The notes under the pieces were generated by a model. The model made no database searches. It saw only the letters and a program-made list of their open reading frames with translations, and had not been told where the DNA came from. A stretch of DNA of 63,381 nucleotides, filler included, from Actinomycetota bacterium (GTDB taxonomy: Bacteria > Actinomycetota > CADDZG01 > JAHWKV01 > JAOPZY01): assembly GCA_025963875.1 (NCBI GenBank). It is 5 parts of 5 records of this genome, joined end to end, with 100 filler letters (N's around TTAATTAATTAA, not from the genome) between each part and the next. Parts side by side here need not be neighbours in the genome. Positions count along the whole stretch, not along the records: positions 60,545 to 63,381 come from JAOPZY010000123.1; 4 more parts are not named here. The stretch is one strand, 5' to 3'. Shown one piece after another: positions 62,748 to 63,381 of this stretch (its first letter is position 1; every line of letters starts with the position of its first letter). The position numbers and the translations under genes were made by a program.

Positions 62748-63381
62748 GCGCCCGGGGAGGGGTTCCCGGCCTGACGGAGGTGCCGCGCCTGGCGGACCAC
62801 GGGCTGGACCTGGAGCAGGTCCGATCGGACCCCCTCGTCTTTCTCGAGCAGGCGACGCGCACGCGCGGCGACCTGTTCCAGTACGAGACGGGGGGCTCGC
62901 CCACCGTCTTCCTCAACCGGCCCGAGCACGTGCGCCGGGTGCTGCAATCCGGCCCCGACCGCTACTCGAAGGTGGGGACGCCGGACCTGATGATGCTGCA
63001 GCCCATGCTCGGCGACGGCCTCATGACCAGCGAGGGGGCGTCGTGGGAGTGGCAGCGAGCCACCGCGCAGCCGGCCTTTGCCCACGGAGAGATCGTCGCC
63101 TTCGTCGAGCTGATGGCGAGGGCGACCGACCAGGTGCTCGCCCGGTGGGAGCGCGTGTGCGACACGGACGAGGCGATCGACGTCGAGCTCGAGCTCAACC
63201 GGCTGACGATCCAGATCGTGGCCCACTGCCTGTTCGGCATCGACCTCTCGGACGAGGGAGCCGACGTCGGGGCCGCCATCGCCTGCATGAACGATTACAT
63301 GGCGTACTACGACTCCGGGGACAGGGTCCGCCGGGCCGGGTTCGAGGCAGCGTCGCTGACCGTCGAGCGGATCGTCCAGCG
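62744..63381 (+). CDS. Cytochrome P450 (5' part; runs off window)
   Basis: Manual translation: PEHVRRVL, LGDGLMTSEGASWEWQR...QPAF, LTIQIVAHCLFG. Confidence 0.85.
   Translation, partial: MSARGGVPGLTEVPRLADHGLDLEQVRSDPLVFLEQATRTRGDLFQYETGGSPTVFLNRPEHVRRVLQSGPDRYSKVGTPDLMMLQPMLGDGLMTSEGASWEWQRATAQPAFAHGEIVAFVELMARATDQVLARWERVCDTDEAIDVELELNRLTIQIVAHCLFGIDLSDEGADVGAAIACMNDYMAYYDSGDRVRRAGFEAASLTVERIVQ

Noticed and set aside
52453..63381. A single hybrid PKS-RiPP supercluster
   Set aside because: The two parts are separated by an artificial linker with both flanking genes truncated; linkage is possible but unsupported

Overview
High-GC (roughly 70%) Actinomycetota genome, probably a metagenome assembly. 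It consists of five contigs joined by artificial N-TTAATTAATTAA-N linkers (29571-29670, 44926-45025, 52353-52452, 60445-60544), so adjacency across linkers carries no meaning. Contig 1 is mostly core genome (proS, rapZ, uvrC/A/B, coaE, rpsA, polA, DtxR regulator, proA). It ends in a GlnR-box-preceded operon encoding a sulfite-oxidase-family molybdoprotein, a small 4-Cys protein, a ferredoxin-nitrite/sulfite reductase and a Rieske ferredoxin. Contig 2 has a sigE/anti-sigma/RseB-like locus, a KdpD/KdpE-like pair, a decaying cluster of small genes and pseudogenes marked by a repeated 11-bp-phased operator-promoter element, and glnD divergent from amtB-glnK. Contig 3 has a lower-GC AbiE-like type IV toxin-antitoxin pair and a MoxR-DUF58-VWA operon. 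Contig 4 is part of an atypical type II polyketide cluster: KS, a divergent CLF, an ACP fused to a ZhuI-like aromatase, a ZhuJ-like cyclase, its own PPTase and malonyl transferase, and an embedded AlkA DNA glycosylase. Contig 5 is part of an azole-RiPP-type cluster (SagB dehydrogenase, B12 radical SAM, P450). All family assignments come from reading motifs by eye; no searches were run.
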